From Myxococcales bacterium (GTDB taxonomy: Bacteria; Myxococcota_A; Polyangia; Polyangiales; DASUME01): DNA of 64,000 bases. Made by a program: the position numbers and the translations under genes. Shown piece by piece: positions 32,595 to 42,835 of the stretch. The stretch covers positions 2,880,001-2,944,000 of the forward strand of contig JASGJH010000001.1 of the NCBI GenBank assembly GCA_047601445.1. Reading direction: 5' to 3'. How positions within the stretch are numbered: position 1 is the stretch's first letter; each line of letters begins with the position of its first letter. Below the pieces are notes generated by a model. It was not told the DNA's origin. It saw only the letters and a list, made by a program, of their open reading frames with translations, and made no database searches.

Positions 32595-33602
32595 CTAGTG
32601 AGTCGTGAACCACTGGACGACGTCCTTGGGAGCCACAGACAACCACTGGTGGCTTGCCTGCGGGTCCTCGTCGAACTTCGTTTCGAATCCTTGGTCCTGG
32701 AGCTTCTTGTAGTAGGCCTTCGCGGTGCCGATGGGCACGATGGCGTCCTGATCTCCGTGCAAAAATAGGGTCGGCGGATGGTCCAGCGGCAGCTTGTTCG
32801 GGATGTTGCAGATCGGTCCCAGGCAGGTCGCGTACGAGCCTGACTCGATCGCGAGAGCTCGGAACCGACCGGGGTAGGAAACGGCCATGCGGCTGGTCAT
32901 GTAGCCTCCGCTGGAAATGCCCGTGGCGTAGAGTCGCGTCATGTCGATGCTGCCAAAGGTCCCATCGGCCATCTCGCTGAGGAGCTGCGGGATAAACGCC
33001 GAGTCGGGAGAGGTGTCGTAATTGCCGACTCCGTTCGTGTTCCATGCGGGTCCATTGGCGGGTGGCTGGATGACCAGGAACCCGGCGTCGAGCAACGCCG
33101 CAACGAGCGCGACCTGGTAGTAGCCGCCGAAGGAGATGTCCACGGGGAGATCGACGTTCCACGTAACCGACGGGCCGAATCCGGTGCCCTGGTACAGGAG
33201 GACCGCAGGCCAGCCTGCCGCGGGCGGCGCGCCGCTCGGTTTGGCCCAATAGACGTCGCGAGAGTCGGCTGCATCCTTGACCGTCACGATCGGCAAGCTG
33301 TCGCAGCGAGCAGTCTTCGGCTTGATGATGCACGCACTGCCGTCACCGTTAGACGGCCCCGATGCGTCCGGCTCGGAGGTCGACCCGGCGTCGTGTGTTC
33401 CAAGGCTCGCGTCCTCCCTCTCATGCGCCGGGCCCCCATCATCGCTTGATGACGCGGCGGGCTCGCCGCTGTCCTCGGTGTCGTCGTCTTCCCGGTCGGG
33501 AGGAACCCGCGACTGTGAAGGCGATTGCGCCTCCGGAGCGCAGCCTGGGAGAAAGCCCCAAGTGAGGAGCATCACGGCCAAAGCAAGCAACGACGGGTTC
33601 AT
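32595..33602 (-). CDS. phaZ: Lipoprotein, extracellular mcl-PHA depolymerase-like (paralogue 2)
   Basis: Lipobox LPGC, acidic linker, ATGISSGGYMTSRMAVSYPG, HPPTLFLHGDQD, SHQW. Confidence 0.75.
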   Translation of the reverse strand: MNPSLLALAVMLLTWGFLPGCAPEAQSPSQSRVPPDREDDDTEDSGEPAASSSDDGGPAHEREDASLGTHDAGSTSEPDASGPSNGDGSACIIKPKTARCDSLPIVTVKDAADSRDVYWAKPSGAPPAAGWPAVLLYQGTGFGPSVTWNVDLPVDISFGGYYQVALVAALLDAGFLVIQPPANGPAWNTNGVGNYDTSPDSAFIPQLLSEMADGTFGSIDMTRLYATGISSGGYMTSRMAVSYPGRFRALAIESGSYATCLGPICNIPNKLPLDHPPTLFLHGDQDAIVPIGTAKAYYKKLQDQGFETKFDEDPQASHQWLSVAPKDVVQWFTTH

Positions 33603-33640
33603 AGGCGGTCATCATCGACGGAGTCGGCCAGTCTCCGCCA

Positions 33641-33679
33641 GATGAAGGCAGTCACGGTTTAGGCATGACCAAAGTCATG
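33641..33679. promoter_or_regulatory. Tandem palindromic regulator boxes in a divergent promoter
   Basis: Perfect CATGAC-CAAA-GTCATG at 33664-33679 and degenerate GATGAA-GGCA-GTCACG at 33641-33656, 23 nt apart. Confidence 0.7.
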
Positions 33680-33784
33680 GGTCCGCTCCAGGATGTGCTC
33701 TGCTGTACATCCCTTGCCCGGAACCGCAGTTTGTTCGTGTCGCCGCTGCCACCTTGCGGTAGCTTCGGCCACGGATCGGAGAGG

Positions 33785-34453
33785 ATGAAGTTGCAGCCGG
33801 ATCGGGTCTGCATAGGCGTTTGCGACGATCACCCGGTGTTTCGGGCAGGCTTGGCCGCTCTGATCAGTGACGAGCCTGATCTGCGTTTGGTGTTCCAGGT
33901 CGGCACGGGCGCGGAGCTCGTTGCGTGCCTGCGCGACGGTACCTGCCCGATCGACCTGCTCGTGCTGGACTTCGATCTGCCCGATCAGCATGGCCTGGAG
34001 CTGGTCGCCGAGGTCAGCGAGCACTGCAAAGTCCTCATCCTGTCAGCGTTCGACGACCCTGACATGATCCGGATTGCGCTCGAGCGCGGGGCCGTGGGCT
34101 TCGTTCGCAAGGACTCGCCGCCAACCGTCTTGCTCCAGGGCCTTCGCGATGCGGCTGGCGGTCACACTGTGCTGAACGCCGAAGCCGCGGTGAGGGTCGC
34201 CAGCGCCTTGAACGTTCGCTCGCCGGAGCGGGACCTGGGAGCACGTCTGGATCAACTGACGACGCGACAGCGCGACGTGCTCACGCTGCTGGCGGAGGGG
34301 CGCTCGAATCGCGAAATCGCGAGCACGCTCTTCGTCACCGAAGGCACGGTGAAGAATCACGTGACCCAGATTCTCCAGATCGTTGGCGTCCCCGATCGAA
34401 CACGCCTTGCGGTGTTGCTCGCGCGGCAGGCGCGCAGCGGGGGCCGGCGGTGA
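33785..34453 (+). CDS. NarL/LuxR-family response regulator
   Basis: CDDHPVFR, LVLD, ILS, VRK; LTTRQRDVL...SNREIA...TVKNHV. Confidence 0.93.
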   Translation: MKLQPDRVCIGVCDDHPVFRAGLAALISDEPDLRLVFQVGTGAELVACLRDGTCPIDLLVLDFDLPDQHGLELVAEVSEHCKVLILSAFDDPDMIRIALERGAVGFVRKDSPPTVLLQGLRDAAGGHTVLNAEAAVRVASALNVRSPERDLGARLDQLTTRQRDVLTLLAEGRSNREIASTLFVTEGTVKNHVTQILQIVGVPDRTRLAVLLARQARSGGRR

Positions 34454-35784
34454 TCGAGCTCGCGTGTGGCCTCCTCCTGGTTCTCGGGGCCTGGCAGGCG
34501 ATTCCCTGGAGGGCTGAGCGTTACCTCTACTACGTCTTCTCCTTCGTAGCGTTCACGGCCTTCGTCGCGATCGGTCTACCCGCAGTTTGGCTGGCTGCGG
34601 CTGTCGGAAGCCTGTCGACGGCCTTTCGAGCTCTGGCTGCACCGCGCGGTTCGGGAGTGCCTTCGGCCGCCAAATGCCTCGGCGCCACCACTGTCGCTAC
34701 GGTGCTGACCGAGCTAGTCGCCCATGGTTTGGTGGTTTCGGTCGGCCTTCCCTATCCGCTTCCGGTCACGACTCCCTGGACGATGGCGTCATTCACCGTG
34801 GTGCTCGCGGGCCTGTTTGGCGCCATGACGGCGGTGAAGGAACTCGCCCTCCGCGCCATGTCGCCAATGAGCGCGAGTCCACTCGACGACGACCTGGAGC
34901 CACGCGCGCAATTGACGATGGCGGACTACCTGCTCGGTGCGCTGCTCGGCGGCCCCCTGCACCTCGCTGCGCAGCTGCTCTTCGTGCGAGGCCTGGTTGG
35001 CCCGTGGATCGGCGCCATGTTGTGGTCTCTGGTGCTCAACGCGGTGTTGCGTCGACAGGTGGCGAGAGACGCGCGAGCACGGGAAACTCTGCAGGAACTG
35101 GCGCGACAGGAGCAACTGCTGATGGTGGGCGAGCTGAGAGCTCGCGTCATTCACCAAACGCGCCATCAACTCGGCCTCATCGGTATCGCTGCCCATCGAA
35201 TCGGCAAACGCATCAGCACGCTGTCGGGGGACGAGGCTCGGGTGGTGAGAGAGGAGCTCGAGAAGCTCGAGGAGATCCAGCGAGAGCTCGGGGAAATGCT
35301 CACCACGGATCTGCGAGGAGCCTCCAAGCCCGAAGCGCAGGGCAGCAGGAGCTATCGCGATCTCGTGGATGCCGTGGTCCGACGGCTCGGACCGGTGGCG
35401 GAAACGCGCGGCATTCGTCTCGAAGTCGTGGCGCGCCCGGCGCCGACGAGCGCGGCTCCACGCAACGCCGAAAGTGTTTCGCACGCGCTGTTCAACGTCG
35501 TCGAGAATGCACTGACGGCGGCCCGGCAACTCGTCCGAGTCGAGCTGAGCTCTGCGTCAGGACAGCTCGTGATCTCCGTCCTGGACGACGGGCCCGGTCT
35601 CACAGCGTCGACCCTGGCTCGGGCAACGGAGCCGTTTTTTACGACCAAGAGCGATGGCACGGGGATGGGTCTGGCCATAGCGCGAGCCGCTTTTGCCGAA
35701 GAAGGCGCGCAGCTCTGCATCGCCAATCGCGCCGAGGGTGGCTGTCAGGTTCAAATCGCAGTGCCCGAGCGCGCCGCGGGTTGA
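34450..35784 (+). CDS. Membrane sensor histidine kinase with divergent H-box
   Basis: About 6 TM; RVIHQTRHQL; NVVENA, DDGPG, PFFTTK, GTGMGL; GTGA overlap with the regulator. Confidence 0.88.
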   Translation: MIELACGLLLVLGAWQAIPWRAERYLYYVFSFVAFTAFVAIGLPAVWLAAAVGSLSTAFRALAAPRGSGVPSAAKCLGATTVATVLTELVAHGLVVSVGLPYPLPVTTPWTMASFTVVLAGLFGAMTAVKELALRAMSPMSASPLDDDLEPRAQLTMADYLLGALLGGPLHLAAQLLFVRGLVGPWIGAMLWSLVLNAVLRRQVARDARARETLQELARQEQLLMVGELRARVIHQTRHQLGLIGIAAHRIGKRISTLSGDEARVVREELEKLEEIQRELGEMLTTDLRGASKPEAQGSRSYRDLVDAVVRRLGPVAETRGIRLEVVARPAPTSAAPRNAESVSHALFNVVENALTAARQLVRVELSSASGQLVISVLDDGPGLTASTLARATEPFFTTKSDGTGMGLAIARAAFAEEGAQLCIANRAEGGCQVQIAVPERAAG

Positions 35785-35892
35785 GCAGGAATAGAGCGCC
35801 GCGTGGTGCGAGCGATGCTCAGCCTTGCCGTTTGAGGTCTGCTCACCAAAGAAGGCGCAATCCCACCCGCCACTCGGTCCTACGTATGGGCC

Positions 35893-37651
35893 ATGGCGCG
35901 AGTGCTCTCGGTAAACGTCGGACTTCCGCGCGACATCGCATGGAAGGGTCGCAGCGTCCACACGGGGATCTGGAAGGAGCCCGTGCCAGGCCGCTGTCGT
36001 GTGAACCGATTAAACCTGCAAGGTGACGGGCAAGGCGACCTCGCTGGCCACGGCGGTGAGCAGCGCGCGGTCTTCGTCTATCAGATCGAATCATATCGGT
36101 ACTGGCAGGAGCGACTGAAGCGAACCGACTTCCGCTACGGGCAGTTCGGTGAGAACTTCACGATCACGGGTCTGCCCGATGACGAGGTGTGCATCGGTGA
36201 CCGCTTCCGTATCGGCAGCGCGTTGCTCGAGGTCACACAACCCCGCACGACCTGCTTTCGTGTTGGCATTCGTATGGACGAGCCGCAGATGCCTGCTCTG
36301 CTGACCTCGAGCGGCCGGCCCGGATTCTACTTTCGGGTCCTGGAGGAGGGCGAGGTTGGCGCAGGGGACGAGTTCGTGAAGGTGGGTGAGGCCTCGGAGC
36401 GCATGACGGTCGCCGAAGTCAACGCACTCCTCTATTCGCCTCCTCATGCGATCACGCAGCTGCGACGGGCCCTGCGCATCGAAGCGCTGTCCCCCGGGTG
36501 GCGTGCATCGTTCGCAGCGCTCCTGGAAAGCTCGGCCACACCTGCAGGTGGCAATGCGGGGCTCGTGCCCGAACCTGCTTCCCACCCGGCCGCGCCTGGA
36601 TTTCGGCCGCTGCGCGTGGCCGCCGTCGAGCATTCGGCATCGGATGTCCTCTCTCTCGTTACGAAGCGTAGACAAGCAACCGCTGCCGGCGGCCTTGCCT
36701 GGCCAGTACGTGGTCTTGCGGCTCCCACCCGTCACGGGCGGTGCGCCGCTCTTCCGCAGCTACTCGCTGTCGGGCCCAGTCTCGAGTGAACGCTATCGAA
36801 TCAGCGTGAAGATCGAGCCGCAAGGCGCCGCGGGAAGCTACCTGCGGCGCTTCGTCCACCCTGGGGATGTGGTCGACGTCAGCGCACCGCGCGGGACCTT
36901 CACGCTGCAGACTGGGGATCGCCCGGTGGTGTTGCTCAGCGCCGGCATTGGCCTGACGCCGGTTCTAGCGATGCTGCATCAGCTGGCAGCCGAGCATTCG
37001 GCTCGCCAAGTCCTTTGGCTGCACGGCGCGCGCGACCGAGCACATCATCCCTTCGGGGCCGAGGTCCGGCAGCTGCTGCAAGCGCTTCCGCGGAGCGCCC
37101 GTCACATCTGCTACAGCCGGCCCGGTTTGCAGGACAAGCTCAACCAAGACTTCGACCGTGCGGGTCACCTGTCGAGGCAGGTCTTAGAAGGCGTCGGCGT
37201 GCCACGAGAGGCGGACGTCTACCTGTGCGGCCCAAGCCTGTTCATGACCGAGATGAAGTCCGCCCTCGCGTCGTCAGGAATCGCCCCAGAAAGGATCCAC
37301 GTCGAGCTCTTTGCGGGCAGCCCATCCCTGACGCCTGGCATCGCGAATCCGGGGACCCGACCACCGCACCCGCCCTTGGACGACGCCGATACCGGCCCGT
37401 TGGTCTCGTTCGCGCGCAGCGGCATCGCCGTGCATTGGAAGCCATCGGCGTACCAAAGCATCCTCGAGTTGGCGGAGGCGTGCGACGTCCCCGTGCGCTG
37501 GTCGTGCCGTGCGGGCGTCTGCCACAACTGCGAGTGCGGAATGGTGTCGGGCGCCGTGACCTACGGGCCAGAGCCTCTCGACAAGCCAGCAGAGGGCAAC
37601 GTGCTCGTGTGCTGCTCACGACCGACTCGCGACGTGGTGATCGACCTTTAG
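35893..37651 (+). CDS. MOSC + FAD/NAD-binding + 2Fe-2S fusion oxidoreductase; frameshift at about 36650-36660
   Basis: FGENFT, QPRTTC (MOSC); RSYSLS, SAGIGLTP, YLCGP; WSCRAGVCHNC...LVCC. Confidence 0.9.
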
Positions 37652-37746
37652 AACGCAGCTCCAAGCGCTAGCGACCACCGGCGGCGGGCCTACAGAGAGC
37701 CAAGTCGTCTGAACCGGTTCCATTCTCGCAAGAGAGGAGTCTCGCC

Positions 37747-38487
37747 ATGGCCAAGGTGCTTTTCATCGTCAGCGGAGCCAGCTACTGGGTGCTGAAGGAC
37801 GGGTCGAGGTACGCGACCGGCTACTGGGCCGAGGAATTCGCGAACCCCTACAAGATCCTCACCGACGCCGGCCATGAAGTGGTCGTCGCGACGCCCAACG
37901 GGGTGACCCCGACCGTCGACATGATGAGCCTTCGTCCCGAGATGGCCGGCGGCGCGCAGGGCGCGCTCGATCTGGAGGCCATCATTCGATCGGCGGAGGA
38001 GATGCGGCGGCCACTCAAGCTGTCGGACGTGCGCCTCCATGACTACGACGCCGTCTACCTGCCAGGCGGTCACGGTCCCATGGCGGACCTTGCATTCGAC
38101 GCCGACGCCGGACGACTGCTGACCGCTCAGCTCGCCTCGGGCAAGCCCCTATTCATCGTGTGCCACGCCCCTGCCTCCATCCTGGCCACCAGGATCCGCG
38201 GCGTGTCTCCCTTCAAGGGCTACCGCATGACGTGCTTCACCAATGAGGAGGAAGAAGCCGTCGGGCTGGCTTCCCGTTCAACCTGGCTACTCGAAACGGA
38301 ACTGAAGGAGAAGGTCGGCGTCAACTTCAGCCGCGGCGAGATCTGGAAGCCGTACATGGTCGAGGATCGAAACCTGGTCACCGGGCAGAACCCCCACTCC
38401 GCCGCCGTCTTGGGCAAGCGCATGCTGGAGATCTTGCGAACAGCGCGACCCAATGCTCCTTCCCCGGCCGTTCAGCGCATGAGTTGA
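37747..38487 (+). CDS. DJ-1/PfpI (Hsp31-like) family protein
   Basis: TGYWAEE, PGGHGPM, VCHAP, VTGQNP. Confidence 0.92.
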   Translation: MAKVLFIVSGASYWVLKDGSRYATGYWAEEFANPYKILTDAGHEVVVATPNGVTPTVDMMSLRPEMAGGAQGALDLEAIIRSAEEMRRPLKLSDVRLHDYDAVYLPGGHGPMADLAFDADAGRLLTAQLASGKPLFIVCHAPASILATRIRGVSPFKGYRMTCFTNEEEEAVGLASRSTWLLETELKEKVGVNFSRGEIWKPYMVEDRNLVTGQNPHSAAVLGKRMLEILRTARPNAPSPAVQRMS

Positions 38488-38584
38488 GCGCCTTTCCGCT
38501 GGTTCATGGAAACTCTGACGGCTGCTCGGTGTTTGGAGCCCACGTGACGAGTGTTAGGGTGCGCGCTCCACACGGTGGGGGCAC

Positions 38585-39385
38585 GTGAACCGCGAGTTGA
38601 AGCCAAGGACGTCGGAAGCACACGGTCGCCTTTGGGGACTGCGCGCAAGGGACTGGGCCGACTTTCAAGAAGGTACCGTTCGCCCCGTTTTCCAGGCCGT
38701 GCTCGAACGCACGGGCGTGGCGGCGGGGACTCGGTATCTGGACGCCGGCTGCGGCTCGGGCATGGCGGCGGAGATGGCGGCTGCGCGGGGGGCCCAGGTG
38801 TATGGCGTGGACGCGGCGGAGGCCATGCTGTCCATCGCGCGCTCGCGCGTGCCCGCCGGCGACTTCCGCCAGGGCGACCTCGAGCAACTGCCGTTCGCGG
38901 ATGAAACCTTCGATGTGGTGACCGGCTTCAACTCGCTGCAGTACGCCGGGAACCCGGTGGCGGCACTGCGCGAGGTCGGACGTGTCGCCAAGCGAGGCGC
39001 CTCGATCGTGGTCATGACCTTCGGCAACCCCGAAGGCATGGAAGTGGTGGCCTTGCTGACAGCGCTCAAGTCGCTGCTGCCGCCGCCACCCCCTGGTGCC
39101 CCTGGTCCGTTCGCGTTGTCGGACGACAGCGTCCTGCGTCAGTTCGCGACCGACGCTGGACTCGAGCCCGTCGAAGTGTTCGACGTCGACAGCCCCTGGA
39201 TCTACGCCGATGAGTCGGCGGCCATGCGTGGTCTCACGTCGACCGGCAACGCGGTCAAGGCGCTGGAGAAGCTCGACGAGCAGGTCGTGACCGAGGCCTA
39301 CGCCAAAGCCATCGCGCCGTTCCGCCAATCCGACGGCAGCTATCGCGCGTCCGCCTGGTTCCGCTGCCTGTTGGCGCGGCGCTGA
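38585..39385 (+). CDS. Class I SAM-dependent methyltransferase
   Basis: LDAGCGSG, GVDAA, LPFADETFDVV. Confidence 0.9.
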   Translation: MNRELKPRTSEAHGRLWGLRARDWADFQEGTVRPVFQAVLERTGVAAGTRYLDAGCGSGMAAEMAAARGAQVYGVDAAEAMLSIARSRVPAGDFRQGDLEQLPFADETFDVVTGFNSLQYAGNPVAALREVGRVAKRGASIVVMTFGNPEGMEVVALLTALKSLLPPPPPGAPGPFALSDDSVLRQFATDAGLEPVEVFDVDSPWIYADESAAMRGLTSTGNAVKALEKLDEQVVTEAYAKAIAPFRQSDGSYRASAWFRCLLARR

Positions 39386-39388
39386 AGC

Positions 39389-40216
39389 TCAAGCCGGAAT
39401 TCGTGCGTCGATCCAGGCCCGAATATCCTGGAGCACGCTCTCCTTGCCGAGGTCGTTCAAGGGGTCGTGAAAATAGCCCTCATAGAGCTTGAGCGTCTTA
39501 TCCACGGACCCAGCGTGGTCATAGAAAAATTGGCTACCTTGGGGCTTGGTGGCCTTGTCCTCGGTACCATGAAGAATTAGCAGCGGCAGCGTGATCTGGC
39601 CGAAGTCGCGCTCGAGGCGCTCGTCTGCGCGAACCATCTCGGCGACCGTCAAGGTGGGCTGCACTTCGTTGGCGATCAGTGGATCACTGTTCATGGCTGC
39701 GACCACCTTGGGATCGCGTGAAAAGTGCTCATTGGGGAGCTTGAGCACGTGCGTGTGGGGCAGAACATGACTCAAGCCCTTCACGACGCTGAGCACGAAG
39801 TCCGGGGCCGGCACTCGGAAGGCAAAGCTTGCGCAGATGAGTCCCGCCAACTCGGGGTGATGATCGAGGGCATAGTTGCAAGCGATGACGCCACCTGCGC
39901 TGTGACCGTACAAAAAGACGGGCAGGCCCGGCCGCTGCGCCTTCACCCACTGGATGAACGTGGCAAGGTCCGCTTCGTAGTCGCCGAACTTCTCGACGAA
40001 GAAGCGCTCTCCTTCCGACTGCCCCCGGCCACGATGATCCAGGGCGTAGACCGCAAGACCACTACCCGCGAGCTGCTCGCCGACCCAGCTGTAGTAGCCG
40101 CTGTGTGAGTTGAAGCCATGGGAGAGGACCACGACGGCGCGCGCGTCGCCATCGGGCTGCCATGAACGCGTGAAAATGTTGATGCCGCCCACGCCTTTGA
40201 ATGCTTCATGTTTCAT
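39389..40216 (-). CDS. Lysophospholipase / monoacylglycerol lipase
   Basis: SHGFNSH, DHRGRGQS, GHSAGG, LHGTED, YFHD. Confidence 0.9.
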   Translation of the reverse strand: MKHEAFKGVGGINIFTRSWQPDGDARAVVVLSHGFNSHSGYYSWVGEQLAGSGLAVYALDHRGRGQSEGERFFVEKFGDYEADLATFIQWVKAQRPGLPVFLYGHSAGGVIACNYALDHHPELAGLICASFAFRVPAPDFVLSVVKGLSHVLPHTHVLKLPNEHFSRDPKVVAAMNSDPLIANEVQPTLTVAEMVRADERLERDFGQITLPLLILHGTEDKATKPQGSQFFYDHAGSVDKTLKLYEGYFHDPLNDLGKESVLQDIRAWIDARIPA

Positions 40217-40414
40217 AGGTGTTCCTGCCTGGTGACGGGCCACGAGTTTTCTTCTCCAGCGAAGCCTCGCTCACGCGCGTTCTCTATATGACCGCCGGGC
40301 GAACAAAGGCAAACAGCGAAGCCGACCGACATGCGCACATGGCGACGCGCGCTCGGCTGCGACACGGTGTCTTGGGTGCCGCACACGCACTAGCCACGGA
40401 AGGGCAGAGAGACC

Positions 40415-41203
40415 ATGGAGCTCAACCTGAAGAACAAGATCGTCGTCGTGACAGGTGCCAGCAAGGGAATAGGTCTCGCCATCACGAAAGCGTTCGTTGC
40501 AGAGGGAGCGCGGGTCGTCGCGGGCGCTCGGACCGTCGAAACGCTCGGCGGCATCGAGGGAGTCACGCCGGTAGCGGTCGACCTCGGATCCCGGAACGGA
40601 CCTGCCAACCTGATCGAGCGTGCTTTGGAGGTGCATGGGCGTGTGGACGCACTCGCGAACAACGTTGGAGGTGTGCGGATACGCCTGGGAGGATTTCTCG
40701 GTACCAGCGACGAAGAGTTCGAGTGGGCCATGCAGCTGAACTTCTTTGCCGCCCTGCGCGCCACACGCGCGGCGCTGGGGCCGATGCTCAAGCAGGGAGG
40801 TGGAGCGATCGTCAATGTTGCCTCGGTGAACGCCTTCTTTCAGCCAGACGCTGGCACCATCGACTACGGCGCGGCGAAAGCCGCACTGGTCAACTTCAGC
40901 AAGGCCATCGCGCAAGAGTTCGGGCCCAAAGGCATCCGCATCAACAACGTGTCGCCTGGCCCCGTCGGTACCGATCTCTGGCTGGGCGAACACGGCGTCG
41001 CCGCGACCGTGGCCAAGGCCACCAACGTCGACGCGGACACCGCGCGCAAGAACGTGATCGCAGGCATCGGCGGCATGCCCACGGGGCGCTTCACGACACC
41101 GGAGGAAGTGGCGACCTTGGTCGTCATGCTGTCTTCGGAGCGCACAGGAAACGTCACGGGCTCGAACTTCGTGATCGATGGCGGGCTCATCAAGACCACC
41201 TAG
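40415..41203 (+). CDS. SDR-family oxidoreductase
   Basis: TGASKGIG, NNVG, YGAAK, VIDGG. Confidence 0.93.
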   Translation: MELNLKNKIVVVTGASKGIGLAITKAFVAEGARVVAGARTVETLGGIEGVTPVAVDLGSRNGPANLIERALEVHGRVDALANNVGGVRIRLGGFLGTSDEEFEWAMQLNFFAALRATRAALGPMLKQGGGAIVNVASVNAFFQPDAGTIDYGAAKAALVNFSKAIAQEFGPKGIRINNVSPGPVGTDLWLGEHGVAATVAKATNVDADTARKNVIAGIGGMPTGRFTTPEEVATLVVMLSSERTGNVTGSNFVIDGGLIKTT

Positions 41204-41267
41204 CCCCATACGAGCACGACGGGGAAATTCCTGGGCGTCGCCCCTGCACGAGCAATTGGGAACAGTC

Positions 41268-42524
41268 CTAGCGTTCGACGTCGCTGCTCGCCAGCCACTG
41301 CATTTCCGGATAACGCGAGCTTGGCCCGCGCAAGAGCGGTGAGGGCCGATGGGTCAAGGTCTCGCGGAAGAACGCGGTCAGATAGGCTAGCTGCACGCTC
41401 GAGGCGCGCGGCCCATTCACGGTGCCCACGTATGCCGCGATCACCTCGGGCGGCAACACCCGCGCGAGGTCGAGGATCTCCACCAGGGGAGCGAGGTCGG
41501 AATAGGTCAGGTGCGCCGACTGCGCGAGCCGCAGCTCCCAACGCGGGCCGTTCATGCTCGACCAGAGATCGGCCCAGGTCGGGTCGTTGGTCATGTCGTG
41601 CCCTTCAGCGCTCATGAGCATGAGGGGACGCCCGCTCGTTCCCGCTTGCGCGGAGAAGTCGAACACGGTCCCGTCCATGTTGACACAGGCCGCGATCCGA
41701 GTGTCCTGCAGCATGCTCAGGATCGCCGTCGCGCCGCCCAACGAGTGCCCGAACATTCCGACGCGCTTCAGGTTCATCACGTGCCACAGCCGATCGTTCA
41801 GTCGCGGCAGCTGAGCCAACACGAACGCCACATCCGCGACCCGCGCTTGAAGCCGTTCTTCGACGAACGCCAGCGCCTCTTCCTGGGTGGTAGGAGGTGC
41901 AGGAGCTTGAATGACGGTCCCGTCAGCCAACTCGATCACAGCGGCGTCGTACGGATGGTCGAGCGCGACGACGACGAAGCCTTCGCTCGCAAGACCTTCG
42001 AGCAGCACGGTATACAAATGATGGTTCACTCCCAGCCCGGTCGAGAAGAGGACCACTGGCCATCCGCCCGCGTGGTACAGAGGTGGCGCGTTGACATGGG
42101 CGCGCGTGGGCAGCGAAGCCAGCGTTCCCTCGCGCAAGCTCAAGTTTGCGTCGTAGAAGGCGCCGACGGCTTCTTCCACGTACTCGGCCCGCGGATGATG
42201 AAACGTAGAGAGCGCAGGATACCAGAGTTGCGCGATGACACGGCGCCGCTCGGGACTTGGCGCGAAGGGATCCGCGCGGTGCTCGTCCACCCATTCGGTA
42301 GTTTGTGTGCCCACTGCGAACGGTCCCGGGAGCGCCGGCAGGATGGCGCCCGCAGGGGCATCGACGAGCACGCTCGCAGGCGCGTCATGTTCTCCGGGCT
42401 GCGGATCCTGCGCCAGGCTTTCCGGCGCGACGAACAGGGTTGAGATGCTGAGCGCCGCGACTGCCCAGCGCGCTGCGACGAGTTTCGATGCGAACAGCGA
42501 AAGACGACTCTCTGACAAGCTCAT
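41268..42524 (-). CDS. Secreted PAF-acetylhydrolase-like alpha/beta hydrolase
   Basis: Signal peptide, GPFAVG, QLWYP, DHPYD, GHSLGG, NMDG, AHLTYSD. Confidence 0.88.
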   Translation of the reverse strand: MSLSESRLSLFASKLVAARWAVAALSISTLFVAPESLAQDPQPGEHDAPASVLVDAPAGAILPALPGPFAVGTQTTEWVDEHRADPFAPSPERRRVIAQLWYPALSTFHHPRAEYVEEAVGAFYDANLSLREGTLASLPTRAHVNAPPLYHAGGWPVVLFSTGLGVNHHLYTVLLEGLASEGFVVVALDHPYDAAVIELADGTVIQAPAPPTTQEEALAFVEERLQARVADVAFVLAQLPRLNDRLWHVMNLKRVGMFGHSLGGATAILSMLQDTRIAACVNMDGTVFDFSAQAGTSGRPLMLMSAEGHDMTNDPTWADLWSSMNGPRWELRLAQSAHLTYSDLAPLVEILDLARVLPPEVIAAYVGTVNGPRASSVQLAYLTAFFRETLTHRPSPLLRGPSSRYPEMQWLASSDVER

Positions 42525-42835
42525 GGGGGCATCCTTTTAGAAGCGAGCCGCCGAGCCAGGCTTTGCACGTCTAACCGTGGTCCGGGTCTCCTTCGCTTAT
42601 GCGCGCAGGGGGCGAATCCTTGGGCGAAGGCGGGGTGATGCGTCGCGCGTAACCGGGATTATCAGAACAGGTCGAGCCGAGCCGATGTCTCCTCGCTTGC
42701 ACCACCACGCCCGGGCCGAGGCAAACCGCCACGGCACCTTGCCACTCGGCGTTCCGATCACCCCGACAATTGCCCGCGCAGCCAAGAATCGTTCGAATGG
42801 GAGCCAGTGTCCGGGCAACGCTTGCAATGTTAGAA

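Noticed and set aside
30409..32598. 729-aa plus-strand ORF and many similar long antisense ORFs
   Set aside because: Antisense to well-supported genes; stop-poor frames are expected in GC-rich DNA.
32557..33333. Apparent 608-aa AraC fusion
   Set aside because: The 5' part is an alternative frame of the depolymerase gene.
36640..36670. Programmed frameshift or phase variation in the MOSC fusion
   Set aside because: Only a short CT repeat with no stimulatory structure seen; a sequencing error is simpler given the other indels.
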